Origin: Mobula hypostoma
Taxonomy: Eukaryota
Length of the DNA: 64,000 bases
Direction of reading: 5' to 3'
Assembly: GCF_963921235.1 (NCBI RefSeq)
Contig: NC_086097.1
Location: 189,164,001 to 189,228,000, forward strand
Part shown: in pieces, positions 38,311-51,974 of the stretch
Layout: each line of letters opens with the position of its first letter
How positions within the stretch are numbered: position 1 is the first letter of the stretch
Position numbers and translations under genes: made by a program
The notes under the pieces: generated by a model
What the model was told of the DNA's origin: nothing
Seen by the model: the letters and a program-made list of their open reading frames with translations, nothing else
Database searches by the model: none

Positions 38311-39529
38311 TTTGTAACAAGTAAGGGTAAAAGGGTGCATCTGAGGGCTTGTTTAGCATGTCCCTTTCAGATATCGGTGATATGGACAAAGGAGCAGGTA
38401 ATGTATAATTGCAAACCTTTGAGCAGCAAGTGCTTAAGCCTTTCTCACTGTGATTTTAATACATTTGCATGAAAACCCATAAGTTCTCATATGGTAAAAT
38501 AAGCACCCACTCACATCTCTTTCCATAAATTCCAGAAGGCCATGGGGCATTCCTAAAGATCGGATCTTTCCAAGGGATTCCCAATGTCTGCTAGCAGTTA
38601 ATCTTCCAAATATATTTTTGATTTTAATTTGTGAACTTTCTCAGTAAACTACCTCAGTCTCACCTTAAAACCTCACAGACCTACTTTAACTTTTACGGCC
38701 CAACCCACAGGAGGCCACACACTACAAGCTAGGGGATTGTAAGAAAAAGTGAGTGGTGATTGTGCAGCACCCTATCATTTGTAGAGTTACTATTCAAAGT
38801 TAGGTTTCAAAGGAGTGAAAGATTTAAACTGGCAAGTCAGAAAGTGAGAGTAGAGGCCTGTCAGGGTGGAGACATTCATCCAGATAACAGACTGCACACA
38901 AGTGCAAGTACTTAACAGATAAAGCACGAGTTTGAGGTGCAAACATACTGTCGCTTAAAGAGTACGATGAAGTAGCCATCACAGAGGTCTGGTCAAACTG
39001 ATTGCCAGCTACATTTTTCATGTTGTAGGATCTTTAAAAAGGACCATTTAGAAAGGGAGTGCAGAAGCAATATTGGTAAAAGGAAGTTATACCACATTGG
39101 AAAGAAGGGATTTCAATTACGGTGATCAGCCTGTGATTAGAGTTAGTGACTACATTCCAGTTTGTAGTAGTGATGGAATGAGGAATGTTCAACTACATTG
39201 ATTATATTTAGGAAGTTGGAGGGACAGAGGGGAAAACACTGAATGCTAGAAATGTGAGCGAGATGGTTGGAATGACTGATTGTCTAAGATAATTGAATTC
39301 ATTGTAGATCTGGAAGAACTTGTTGGAAGTTGAGGTTCTGTTCCAGAAATTTAATGGCCCTTCAACTTTCAAGAAAAGCACATTACAAACACAACAGACA
39401 CCAGGGGCATGGTCAGCCCTCAGTCTGAGATAAATCCTCCTCAATAAAGTAAGAACTGCTAATAATAGTCTGACTTTGATTAAATCTAAATGAAAATCGT
39501 TTCCTGAGTTTGAGGTGTATAATAGTTAC

Positions 39530-40115
39530 ATGATGTATTGAGGCCTCCATTGGTCACGATTGACCTTTGATGTTGAGTCCTAGCTGTCTGGCTATGCAAG
39601 CCTGGTGAATACGATATGGAGAGCAAGTTGTTGCCCATGTAGCAACTCCCCCGCTCCATGCATGTGATGAACCCGATACAGACTGATACAGTTTGGTACC
39701 AGCAGAATCGCAGGAGTTGCCAGTCAGCATTGAACTCAACGTAGCACTGCCTTAGGGACTCCAGCTCTGCATTTTTCCCCTTGGGGTTCACTCTCGAAGC
39801 CTTCTCCATGAGTGGGTTTCGCCGCAAGGCACCGGAGGTTTGAGATCAGAGTTTTCCTTCTCCTAGATGAGCCGCCAACCACGGCTGTCAAGCCCCATCT
39901 GCCCGAAGCTACTGTTTTTAATGAGTTAGTAAACTCACCTTTGCCCCCTTCTTCTGTCAGTAGAAAGGCTTAGGCCAGCAGGCTTAGTAGCTAGGCCACA
40001 TGTGAAGGTCTGGAGCTGGACTTGGTTGTCAGAGATTATTTGAGGCGCACACAATTGGGAGCATTTAATAGGTAGTGGGAGCTTGTCCCTATTACCTCCC
40101 TCTAGCTATAACAAC
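39530..40115 (-). mobile_element. Unclassified interspersed repeat, possibly an RTE-derived non-autonomous element
   Basis: GC-richer block with sharp compositional edges and a possible structured RNA at the minus-strand 5' end. The family assignment is tentative. Confidence 0.35.
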
Positions 40116-40389
40116 TTTAAATAACCATGCTGTTTTAAGCTCATAGAATTATCTGAATTTGTAACTCCTACAGCAGGCTTTTGCTGCAAGACAACTGATC
40201 TGTGAGGATTTTGCTCTTACTTTATTGTGTAAATGATCAGCACTATCATGCAACTGGAAGACCATAGTTTCAGAATTTTGGTTCTCTCTTGTCCTGTTTG
40301 TGGACATAGCACATTCTTCCTGTGATTGTGTCAGTTTCCTCTATGTACTCCAATTTCCTCCCACATCCCAAGGACTTGTAGGTTGGTGT

Positions 40390-42654
40390 CTTCATAAATG
40401 TGGCTGACGCTTACAAAGCTACTACCCTCCCCTACCTGGGATAGTCCGACCATCTTTCACTGTTTCTGCTTCCCAAGTATAGCCCGGTCATTAAACGTGT
40501 GAAACCCACAATGAAGACTATTAAGATCTGGCTGGAGAGTGCTGACTCTGCTCTTCAGCACCAATTCCAGTACACAGACTGGGAGCGTGTTTGCTGCCCA
40601 TACTACCACAGACTCTCAGATTAACATTGATTTCTATACCAACTCTGTCCTTGAGCACATCAACAAGTGTGTAGATAGAGTGACATCACAAAAACAAATA
40701 AAAGTTTTCCCCAATGAGAAACCATGGATGAACAGAGAAGTTCACCTACTACTCAAAGCCAGAGATTCAGCCTTCAGGTCTGGAGACCGGGAGGCTTACA
40801 GCTCAGCCAAGGCCAACCTGAGGAGGGGAATCTCTCAGACTAAACACATATACAAAGAGAGAATTGAGGAGCATTTCATCTCCTCGGATCCTCGGCGCAC
40901 ATGGTATGGCATACAGGTCATTACAGACTTCAAACCACCTAGTACTGTGTCCCGTTCCAGCTCTGCTTCCCTCCCTGATGAGCTCAATTACTTCTACGTT
41001 CGCTTTTACCGAGAGAACAAGGAGGTCACCCTCAAAGCGGATCTCCCACCTGCTGAACTGCCTCTCTCACTTTCCACCTCCGATGTTTACGCCACCCTGA
41101 GCAGGGTGAATGTACGGAAGGCAGCTGGTCCAGATGGAGTACCTAGCTGCGTGCTCAGAGTCTGTGCAGGGCAGTTGGCCAGGGTCTTCATGGACATTTT
41201 TATTCTGTCCCTGGCTCAGGCAGCTGTCCCCACAAGCTTCAAGATCGCCACCATCGTGCCAGTGCTGAAGCATTCCACTGCCACGGGCCTGAGTGACTTC
41301 CGTCCAGTTGCACTCACCCCCATCATTGCAAAGTGCTTTGACAGACTGATTCTATCACATCTGAAATTCTGTCTGCCCTCTACCCTGGACCCCAATCAAT
41401 TTGCCTATCGCACCAACAGGTCAACAGAGGATGCCATCTCCACAGCACTTCACTCTGCCCTGACCCACCTGGACAGCCCCAACTCTTACGTCAGAATGCT
41501 GTCCATTGACTTTAGTTCGGTATTTAATACTGTGATCCCCTCCAAGTTGATCGCCAAACTTCGCCAGCTTGGTATCAGCTCATCCCTCTGCAATTGGACC
41601 TTGGACTTTCTGACTAAAAGACCCCAATCACATAAGTTAGACAACCTCTCCTCCTCCACTCTCACCCTGAACACCGGCGTGCCTCAAGGCTGTGTGCTGA
41701 GCCCTCTTCTGTACTCCCTTTTCACCAATGACTGCGTTCCTGTACATGGTTCTAACTCCATAATCAAGTTCGCAAACGACACCCTGTGGTTGGTCTGATT
41801 AGAGGGGATGACGAGACGGCCTACAGGGACGAGGTCCAGCACCTGGCCGTGTGGTGTGCCGACAACAACCTGGCCCTTAACACCCAGAAGACCGAGGAGA
41901 TCATTGTGGACTTCAGGCATGCTAGTAGCCACATTCACGTCCCCATCTACATCAACAGAGCTGTAGTGGAGCGTGTATCAAGCTTCAAATTCCTTGGTGT
42001 CCACATTTCCGAGGATCTCATCTGGTCCCTGAACTCCTCCATCCTGATCAAAAAGTCGCAACAGCGCCTTTATTTCCTGCAAAGCATCAAGAAAGTTCAC
42101 CTCTGTCCCAGGATACTGATGGACTTTTACCGCTGTACAATTGAGAGCATACTCACCAACTGCATCTCAGTGTGGTATGACAATTGTCCCATATCGGACC
42201 GCAAAGCACTCCAGCGTGTGGTGAAAACTGCCCAGCAGATTATCGGCACCCAATTGCCCACCATTGAGAACATCTACCATAAACACTGCCTGGGCAGGGC
42301 GAAAAGCATTATTAAGGATGCATCTCATCCTAACCATGGACTTTTTACTCTCCTCCCATCCGGTAGGCGCTACAGGAGCCTCCGCTCCCGCACCAGCAGG
42401 CACAGGAAGAGCTTCTGCCCTGAGGCTGTGACCCTGCTGAACCTCACATCACAGCGCTAAGCAGTATTGCACCCATATTGTACTGTCTCAGTACTTTTAT
42501 ATTTGTGTGCTGTGGCACTTACTTTTTATTCGCAGTTATTTTGTAAATAACACTATTCTTTGCATTTCTGGTTAGATGCTAACTGCATTTCATTGGCTTT
42601 GTATCTGTACTCGGCACAATGGCAATAAAGTTGAATCTAATCTAATCTAATCTA
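40390..42654 (+). mobile_element. Rex1/Babar-type LINE, 5'-truncated, nested in a V-SINE
   Basis: ORFs 40539..41798 and 41786..42460 (DFRPVALT, GVPQGCVLSPLLYSLF, FAND) with a frameshift near 41785; (AATCT)n tail at 42634-42654. Confidence 0.93.
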
Positions 42655-44974
42655 TTGGGTCACTGGAAATTGTCCCTAGTGTACAGGTAAGTGGTAGAAT
42701 CTGAGTTGAATTGAGTGGAATAAAATTGGATTATGTAAATTGGTGCCTGGTGTTTGTCACAGACTTGGTGGGCTTTTTTCATGCTCTGAGATATTCTGAT
42801 CATGAAGAACTTGATGAGCAATACCATCTATGGGTTTGATGTAGTTGGAAAATAAATTGTTCACTATGTGAAATTTACATCCAAATGTAAAAAAATATGA
42901 TAAAATGTCAATTGACATCTGGAAGTATGAAGCATCCTAACATATGCATAATATATTAACATTTAGTCAACATTTCTAAGTGAGTTTAGTTTGGATGTTG
43001 AATTAGCTGTGAAACTCATTATACATCCTGACATTGATTTGTTTACATTGATCTTCTGACATCAAATGTTAGCCATGGTAACTCCTGCAGAATACTTCCT
43101 CCGCTGAGCTTTAGATTATATCACATCTGTTTGAAATGCTCTCTCCCTTTGAAGCACATACAACAAAATATGAAGCCAGCATCATCTTACTGGTATCATC
43201 ATTGGAATGGGTTCAGAAAAGATCATTTTAGGGAGTTGGTGGGGTGGGGGGGGGGGACATGAAAGCCAAAAGAGGTCCAAAGGACTGAGAACATTTGAAG
43301 ATATATTTACAAACGCAAATTGATAATATAGAACAGTTTAAAGAGAAGGGAGTTCCTCTGTAATATTTTAACTGGATCATTTTTTTGAAATACAGTGTAG
43401 CATCGTTTTGCTCTACTTCTGCCATTCAGCTCACAGTTGTACTTCAGTATTGGCACAACTGGCAACATTTACACATTGCCACATTTACATCTATGCATAT
43501 CTCTCAAACCTTTCATATTAAATCTTTTAATTATTACATTTAAATTTATAATGCAAAGGAACTTATGTATGTTGTAGCTTCATAAATATGTCCTAATTTT
43601 ACTCAAATCATTTTTCATAAATGTCTCAGGCTTCTGCCTTTACTCCATCAAATCTTATCAAAAATCACTGCATTCACTGTCTGTGATTGTGACAAAGACA
43701 ATCCAAGTCTTATCATTTTTTAACCTTTTTGATTCAATTGACCTAATCATTATCAACCAAGAGTCCCCTGCTGTCACCAATAAAGGTGGGAGTGGGCTTG
43801 CCTAATTAATTCTTATCTCTCCCTTAATGGTTTGAGAAACACCAGAGGCTTGTTTTTCTAAATCTGCCCTGTATCCCCAGAAATGTATCCTTAGCCCATC
43901 TTATTTCCTATCTGCATGTCATCACAGGTCAGTATTATCTGAACAAACAGCCTCCGTCCCCACATATTTGTTGATAACTGCCTCTTTTCTAAATTTTGTG
44001 ATTGCTCATTTGACAGCAGTACTGGAGATGCAAAATTTTCTTCCAACTAAATCTGAGAAAGACAATGTCTGGAAGCAATGCCTGGTTCCATTGTACAGTC
44101 CTGTCCCCAGATGCTGACTCAATCCAATTTTGTTCACAATACAAAAGTGAACCACAGTTCTTAATCTTTGTCCAAGGTGAATGTTGACCTCTTGTATCAA
44201 CAACATTGTCTGTAAAGCTATATAAGTGATAGAAAAAGGAGTAGGCCATTCTTTCTCTTGTGGAGACACGACAGACTGTAGATGCTGGAAGGGAGCAATA
44301 CACAAAACAATTCAGGAACTCAGCAGGTCAGACACCATCTACGGAGGGAAATGAACAGTTCATGGCTGACATTTTATTTCAAGACCACTTTCTTGCACTA
44401 ACCACATATTCTTAACTTAAAACTTGATCAGCCTCAGTTTGAATATACCCAGCAACTGAGGCTTCACAGAATGCCCATGTTGGAGAATCACAAACTTCAC
44501 GAGCCTCTGGGATGAAGAAATTTGGACCATAAGACATAGGAGTAGAATTAGGTCATGCAGCCCATCATGTCAGCTCCATCATTTAATCATGGTTGACTTA
44601 TTATTCCTGTCAACCCACTCTCCTGCCTTCTTTCCATAACCATTGAAGCACTTACTAATTAAGTAGCTATCAGACTCCAGTTTAAATATACCTAATGACT
44701 TGGGTCTCCACAGCCATCTGTAGCGATGAATTCCATAAATTTACAACCCTCTGGCTAAACGACTTCCTCCTCATCTCTGTTCTAAAAGAACATTATTCTA
44801 TTCTCAGGCTGTGTCCTCTAGTCCTAGATTCTCTCATTATTGGAAATATCCTGTGCACATCCAGTCAATCTCAGTATTTAAATATTCAACAGGTTTCAAT
44901 GAATTCTCCCCACATTCTTCTAAACTCCGGTGAGTCCAGGCTCAGAGCCATCAAAGCTGCCCAAGTGTTAATCT

Positions 44975-45620
44975 AATCACAAACCAGAGAAAATCTGCAG
45001 GTGCTAGAAATCCAAGCGACACACACAAAATGCTGGAGGAACTCAGCAAGCCAGGCAGCGTCTATGGAAAAGAGTACAGTCAACATTTCAGGCCAAGACC
45101 CTTCGGCAGGACTGGAGAAAAAATGCTGAGGAGTAGATTTTAAAAGTGGGGGGAGGGGAGAGAGATACACAAGGTGATAGATGAAGTAAAGAGCTGGAAG
45201 TTGATTGGTGGAAGAGATACAGGACTGGAGAAGGGGAAGTCTGATAGGAGGATACAGAAGGCCATGGAAGAAAGAAAAGGGGGGTGGAGCACCAGAAAGA
45301 GGAGATGGGCGGTCAAGGACATAAGGTGAGAGGGGGAAAAGAGGGTGAGGAATGGTGAAAGAGGGAGGGGGTGGGCATTACCAGAAGTTTGAGAAATCAA
45401 TGTTCATGCCATCAGGTTGGAGGCTACCCAGACGGAATCTAAGGTGTTGTTCCTCCAACCTAAGTGTGGCCTCATCATGACAGTGGAGGAGGCCATGGAT
45501 AGACATAACAGAATGGGAATGGGAAGTGGAATTAAAATGGGTGGTCATTGGGAAAACCCGCTCTTTCTGGCAGACAGAGCGTGGACACTCAGTTAAGCGG
45601 TCTCCCAATCTCACGTCGGT
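44975..45620 (-). mobile_element. Older 5'-truncated Penelope-like copy
   Basis: Peptide THFNSTSHSHS...LRLEEQHL...LQPDGMNIDFSNF. Degenerate hammerhead at 45078-45113 (core mutated to CTGCCGA). Confidence 0.85.
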
Positions 45621-45622
45621 GA

Positions 45623-46250
45623 GACCCAGAAGAGATTCCAATGATCCAGAAATCTGAATCCCTGCCCTCTTCACCAATTCCCCAGTTACACATTAGTCTG
45701 TTAAATCATGCTATTCTTGCCCTCACTGGCATGTGGCATAGGCAGCAATCCAAAGATTACCACCCTGGAGGTCCTGCTTTTCACCTAACTCCCTATATTC
45801 TCTCTTTGGTTCCTCCTCTCTTTTCATACCTATGTCGTTGGTACCAATATGTATCATGACTTCTGGCTGCTCGCCTTCCCCCTTTAGAATACTATGGACA
45901 CAATTCCAACACCTGGGAAGCAACATTCTATCCGGGCATCTCTTTCACATCCAAAGAATTTCCTGTCTGCTCCTCTAACTATGGAATACCCTATCACTAC
46001 TGTGCTCCTCTTCCTCCCCAACTCCCCTCCTTTCTGAGCCACAGAACCAGACTCAATGCCAGAGACCCATTTGCTGTGGTAGGTCGTCCCCCAAACAGTA
46101 TCCAATTATACTTACCTGTACTGGCTGCCTATTGTATTTCCCTTCCCTGACAGTTACCCAGGTACCTGCCTCCTGCAATAGGGTTGGCTACCTCCCTGTA
46201 GCTAATCTATCACCTCCTCATTCTCCCACATGAGCCGAAGGTCATCCAGC
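45623..46250 (-). mobile_element. CR1 ORF1 (SGNH esterase-like) remnant
   Basis: VVIGYSIVRG...CCFPG and EQPEVMIHIGTNDIG motifs. Confidence 0.75.
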
Positions 46251-46549
46251 ACAAAGTTCAAAGTAAATTTTATTATCAAAGTCACCATATACAGCCCCGA
46301 GTTCATTTTCTTGTGGGGATACTGAGCAAATCTGTAGAATAGTAACTATAACAGGATCAATGAAAGATCAGCCGGAATGCATAAGACAACAAACTGTGTA
46401 AATGCAAATATAAATAAGTAGCAATAAGTAACAAGAACATGAGATAATATCCTTAAAGTGAGATCACAAAGAACATATTAGTAACTCTAGACCCTTACTA
46501 AGTTCATTAGTTATGTACTAATAGACAATGAAGAGAACCTGCCCTTCCA

Positions 46550-47990
46550 CCTTTCTTTGTATCATCTGCAAATTTGGCCACAAAGCCATCATTCCATCAT
46601 CCAGTTCATTAATATATAACACGTAAGGAGCAACCACACACCGACCCCTGTGAAACACCACTAGTCACCAGCAGCCAACCAGAAAAGGCCCCCTTTATTC
46701 CCACTCTTTGCCTTCTGCCAGTCAGCCAATTTTTTTTCTATGCTAGTATACTCATGGACTCTGATCTTGTTTAGCAGCCTCATGTGCAGAACTGTGTCAA
46801 TGACCTTCTGAAAACCCAAGTAAACAACATCCATTGACTCTCTCCTTTGTCCATCCTGTCTGTTATTAACTCAAAGAATTCTAACAGATTTCCCCTCCAG
46901 GAAACCATGCTTTCATTGGCTTATTTTATTGTGTGCTTCCAAATACACAAAACCTCATCTTTCATAATGGACTTTATTATTTTGCCATGAGCTGAAGTCA
47001 GGCTACTGTGGGAAGAAATTGCATGACTTTGACAATGACCTTTGCATCCTCACTGGTCACAGAAGCAGTACCAGGTGATTAGAGGTGGCAAATTTTATTC
47101 CTTTCTTCAAGAAAGTAATAGGGATAACCCTATCAACCAGTGAATCTTACATCAGTGGTTTGGTAAACAATTGGAGAGGATTCTTAGAAACAGGATTTCC
47201 AAGCATTGGAGAAGCATAATCTAATTAGGAATAGTCAGCTTGGCTTTGTGATGGGCAGGTCGTGCCTCATGAGCCTGATCGAATTTGTTGAGGAAGTGAC
47301 GAAACAAATTGGTGAAGCTACAGCAGTGGATGTGGTGTATATGAATTTTAGTAAGGCATTTGGCAAGGTTCCCCTTGGTTGGCTCATTCAGAAATATCCA
47401 CAGAATATCCACCAGAGCACAGAATACCCACAGTAAAAACTGACACAAAATATTTAGTTTGTCCACCATTTCTTTGTCCCCCATTACGACTTCTTCAGCA
47501 TCATTTTCCAGTGGTCCGATATTCAGTCTTTCCTCTGTTTTACTCTATACATCTGCAAATTTTTTAGTATGCTCTTTTATATTATTGGCTAGCTTATCTT
47601 TCTCTCCTTAGCACTTTTTAGTAGCCTTTTGTTGATTTTTTAAAGCTTCCCGCTAGTTTTTGTTATGCTGTATGCACTCTCTTTTGCCTTGATGCTGTCT
47701 TTGACTTCCCTTGTCACCCGCGGTTTCTTCATCTTCCCGTTAGAATACTTCTTCCTCTTTGGGATGAACCAATCCTGCGACTTCTGAATTACTCCCAGAA
47801 ACTCAAGCTATTGCTGTTCTGCTGTTATCCCTGCTAATGTCCCCTTCCAATTAATTTTAACCAGTTCTTCTCTGATGCCTCTGCAGTTAATTTTACTCAA
47901 CTATAATAATGATTCAACTGATATTAGCTTTTTCCTCTCTAACTGTAGTGTGAATTTTATCATATTATGATCAATGCCTCCTAGAGGTTC
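46550..47990. mobile_element. Patchwork of CR1 ORF2 fragments in alternating orientation
   Basis: Minus-strand RT/endonuclease remnants flank a plus-strand piece (SQLGFVMGRSCL...VDVVYMNFSKAF, 47206-47400). Confidence 0.7.
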
Positions 47991-48939
47991 CATGATGTCA
48001 GTCTAAACTAATATCATCTGCCTATACATGATCTATATCCCCCCATTTCCTGCTGTTCATATACCTGTCTAAATACCTCATTGGCCTAATATAGCATCTC
48101 AAACCTGTGAAGTACTGAGGGGCATTTTCTCTTTTCAAACGGATTTCCCTCACAGTCTTGCACAAACAGGCTCAGTGTTTTTTTTTTCTCTCTCTCCTTA
48201 TTTAATGCTTGTACATTTAGTTAGTATTTCATAAAGCACAACTTATTTCTTCCCTTCATGCAATGCTATTTCCTGTAGCTCAGAAACATTCCCATCAATA
48301 TGACATTTTAATTTAAAATTCTCCCCCCTATCCAGCAATTTATTGTTCTTTTGCAAATCCAACAAAAGACAACTCCCAAACACCAACCATCACTGGGCTC
48401 GGCATGAGACATGGGAAAGGGTTGAGAGGAGATGTGAGCATACGGCTGCTGGACGGTGGAGATGCCGTTCCCTGTGTTTGCATCGGAGAAAGCAGGGACA
48501 TTGATATCACCTGCTTTCCTTATGTTACTCTCCACTGATAACTGAGCTCACCTGGGAATGGGATGGAGGAACAGTTACATATAGAAACTTCATCAGATTG
48601 TAAGCATTTGCTTTATTCCTACTAATCACTGAATTTAATTACGTTATTAAATCGAATGACATACTTAATACTCAATAATGGAGATACTTAGAACATAAGT
48701 AATAAGAGCAAGGATAGGCCTTTTAGTCCCTCATGTTAGGTCTGCCATTCAGCAAAAACATGGTCGATTTGATTTTGATCCTCATTCCACTTTCCTTCCT
48801 GTTAGACCTAACTCTTAATTATGACAGAAATCTCAGCCTTTGGTTAATGACTTCCGTTTAGTCACAAGACTCTTCTGTCTATAGTCAGTGGTTTGTTTAC
48901 TTCATAAGTGTTTTCACCAACGTCTCTAATTGCTGGGGA

Positions 48940-49696
48940 ATAGAAACATAGAAAATAGGTGCAGGAGTAGGCCATTCGGCCCTTCGAGCCTGCACCGCCA
49001 TTCAGTATGATCATGGCTGATCATCCAACTCAGAACCCTGTACCAGCCTTCCCTCCATACCCCCTGATCCCTTTAGCCACAAGGGCCATATCTAACTCCC
49101 TCTTAAATATAGCCAATGAACTGGCCTCAACTGTTTCCTGTGGCAGGGAGTTCCACAGATTCACCACTCTCTGTGTGAAGAAGTTTTTCCTCATCTCGGT
49201 CCTGAAAGGCTTCCCCTTTATCCTTAAACTGTGACCCCTCATTCTGGATTTCCCCAACATTGGGAACAATCTTCCTGCATCTAGCCTGTCCAATCCCTTT
49301 AGGATTTTATATGTTTCAATAAGATCCCCCCTCAATCTTCTAAATTCCAAGCCTAGTCGATCCAGTCTTTCATCATATGAAAGTCCTGCCATCCCAGGAA
49401 TCAATCTGGTGAACCTTCCTTGTACTCCCTCTATGGCAAGGATGTCTTTCCTCAGATTAGGGGACTGAAACTGCACACAATACTCCAGGTGTGGTCTCAC
49501 CAAGGCCTTGTACAACTGCAGTAGTACCTCCCTGCTCCTGTACTCGAATCCTCTCGCTATAAATGCCAGCATACCATTCGCCTTTTTCACCGCCTGCTGT
49601 ACCTGCATGCCCACTTTCAATGACTGGTGTATAATGACACCCAGGTCTCGTTGCACTTCCCCTTTTCCTAATCGGCCACCATTCAGATAATAATCT
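48940..49696 (-). mobile_element. Young CR1 3' fragment, same family as 34516-36372
   Basis: ORF 49030..49716 is nearly identical to the C-terminus of 34616..35749, with a 9-nt in-frame deletion and the same tail. Confidence 0.93.
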
Positions 49697-49864
49697 GAAT
49701 AAAGCCCATCATTCATCGAGAATTCCCCATTGGTGCTGATGTGCGTGATTTTTCTGGCAACTTCCCCTTTTTCTTATCGGCCACCATTCAGATAATAATC
49801 TAAATAAAGCTCATCATTCATCGAGAATTCCCCATTGGTGCTGATGTGCGTGATTTTTCTGGCA
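49655..49864. repeat. 105-bp tandem duplication spanning the CR1 5' junction
   Basis: Copies at 49655-49759 and 49760-49864 differ at only a few positions. Confidence 0.9.
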
Positions 49865-50368
49865 CATATTTTTTAAATGAGATAGGAGAATTTTTAATGT
49901 TAATGATGATCTTTTTGATTGTTCTTCTTACATGAACTGACCCTGGAATACCACAAAGTCAATTACTTTAATCTGCACCACGAGACTGAGGCTGTAGCTG
50001 TCAATGTTATTTACCTGATACTCATTTAAATATTACCTGGAGTCCCGTCAAAGAGAGAATGAGAGGGTGAAGGAGAATTACTGGGCTGAGAAAGAGGAAG
50101 AAGCTTGAAAACTATAGTGCAGTCTTCTCTAATTATTGTTCATTTGGAAGGTAACATGACATTCTTTAAGACAAGTTCCTACAGAAGAAAGCATCATATT
50201 TTACAGAAAAATACAACCCACCCATCCACCATAAAAACAATGACTACTGGGTAGTTTGTGAAATATTTAATTAAATTCCTAAGGGATATTGTACACCAGG
50301 AGAAGAGTAAGGAGAACAGAGTTGTAATCAAGGTTTAACAAAGGCTTTGAATCGTATTTAGCAAAAAA

Positions 50369-50369
<1 letters not shown>

Positions 50370-50425
<56 letters not shown>
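50370..50425. repeat. Compound (GT)n(GA)n microsatellite
   Basis: Directly visible. Confidence 0.97.
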
Positions 50426-51273
50426 GGTGGGGTTGAACCTCTAATAAAACAAAATTAAACATGAACTTACAAATGACATTGTGTCAACTTTCACATCCTT
50501 AGAAATTTTGAGTTCTGACAGAAAAAGATTTCAGTGACCACTAAAGCTAAGGTGGCCTCAGACCCATTTCTTTCTTGGATACTGAGCATCATCTAAAACT
50601 TCTATTTGTACGAGATAGGTTATACACTACTTTTGTTTAGAGTGATAATTACTCTGGAGTGTGTTTGTGATGTTTCCTAACAGAAGTTATTTGAAAACTA
50701 AACTTCACAGTCATTCATCCCACTTTTGTAGGTGTCTTACTTTAATTGCTTGGTGCTTCTTGGCAGATATTACAAAATTAAGTTTTCATCAGATTTTCTT
50801 GGTGTGAATCCCAGCTTCACGTAGGTATGGTTTTCAAGCTTCTCCTAATTGAATGAAGCTGGGATTTAGTATCTGAGCCTCAGTGAAGTAATATTCTGCC
50901 TTTGTTTATGTGTAGGCAGCATCATGTTCATGTGTAGGCAGTATGAGTGACCTCAGGCAATAGAATTCGACACTTAGAATTACAATAATGCATTATTGTA
51001 ATACACTTCATCAAAAAACACTAGAGAAACCAAAATTGACAGGAATGAATAGTTTCTAGCAGTTTTCAGTAAAAGAAGATTATTTGAAACTTGTCACATT
51101 CAATTTGACATTGGGGCTTCAGTTTAATGAAAGTGGAGGATGTTGGCTAGTGAACAAGCAAATGGCTCTACTCATAGTAATCAAATGACTCATAAAATGG
51201 AATCAATGTGTAAATCGTCACATCAAGCCAGTAAAAATGCAAAATTTTAGGTAAAAGAAGTGGCAAAAGTACA

Positions 51274-51417
51274 CAAACACGAGGAAATCTGCAGATGCTG
51301 GAAATTCAAGCAGCACACACAAAATGCTGGTGGAACACAGCAGGCCAGGCAGCATCTATAATAGATCTATTATAGATGCTGCCTGACCTGCTGCATTCCA
51401 TCAGCATTTTGTGTGTG
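51274..51417. mobile_element. Miniature PLE fold-back hairpin insertion
   Basis: PLE 3'-end sequence with arms 51314-51365 and 51366-51417 centred on ATAGATCTAT. TSD GTGGCAAAAGTACA at 51260-51273 and 51417-51430. Confidence 0.85.
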
Positions 51418-51974
51418 TGGCAAAAGTACAGATATTTGGAGTTGATCTCGTTAACAAATTATTAACAAGTCATATTACAGATTGTTAACAAGTCGGATAG
51501 TTAACAAGTTGTATTACAGTTTGTAGAAACATTCATTTGATTTGCTTAAGAACATAGCAGTGATTTAAAGCAATTTTTGTTTGGAAATGACAACGTATAG
51601 CAATTCTGAAATCAATATTAAACATACTTAATTTCTAGCTATTGGGCTATGGAATAACTAAACAATTTTTTCTAAATCATACAAAATTAGAAAGTGTAAT
51701 TGATCAGAAAATTAGGTGGTAAATATCAAATACTATACTCATGATGTTTAGTTTGGCTTTGGTTAGAACAATGCAATCTATCATAGTTCTCCTTCAATTT
51801 TGGACACAAAAGTATACATTGCTAAGTTCTAGAGTTCTTCTTTTCAAACTAGTACCTCATCATCACTGGATTCATTTCCCAGAACGCCCTGCTTAAAAAT
51901 ACCTTGGGAATGCTTTCAAATCACAGTGCAACTCTACTCTTGAAGGCAGTTCAAAGTTCAAAGTAAATTTATTA

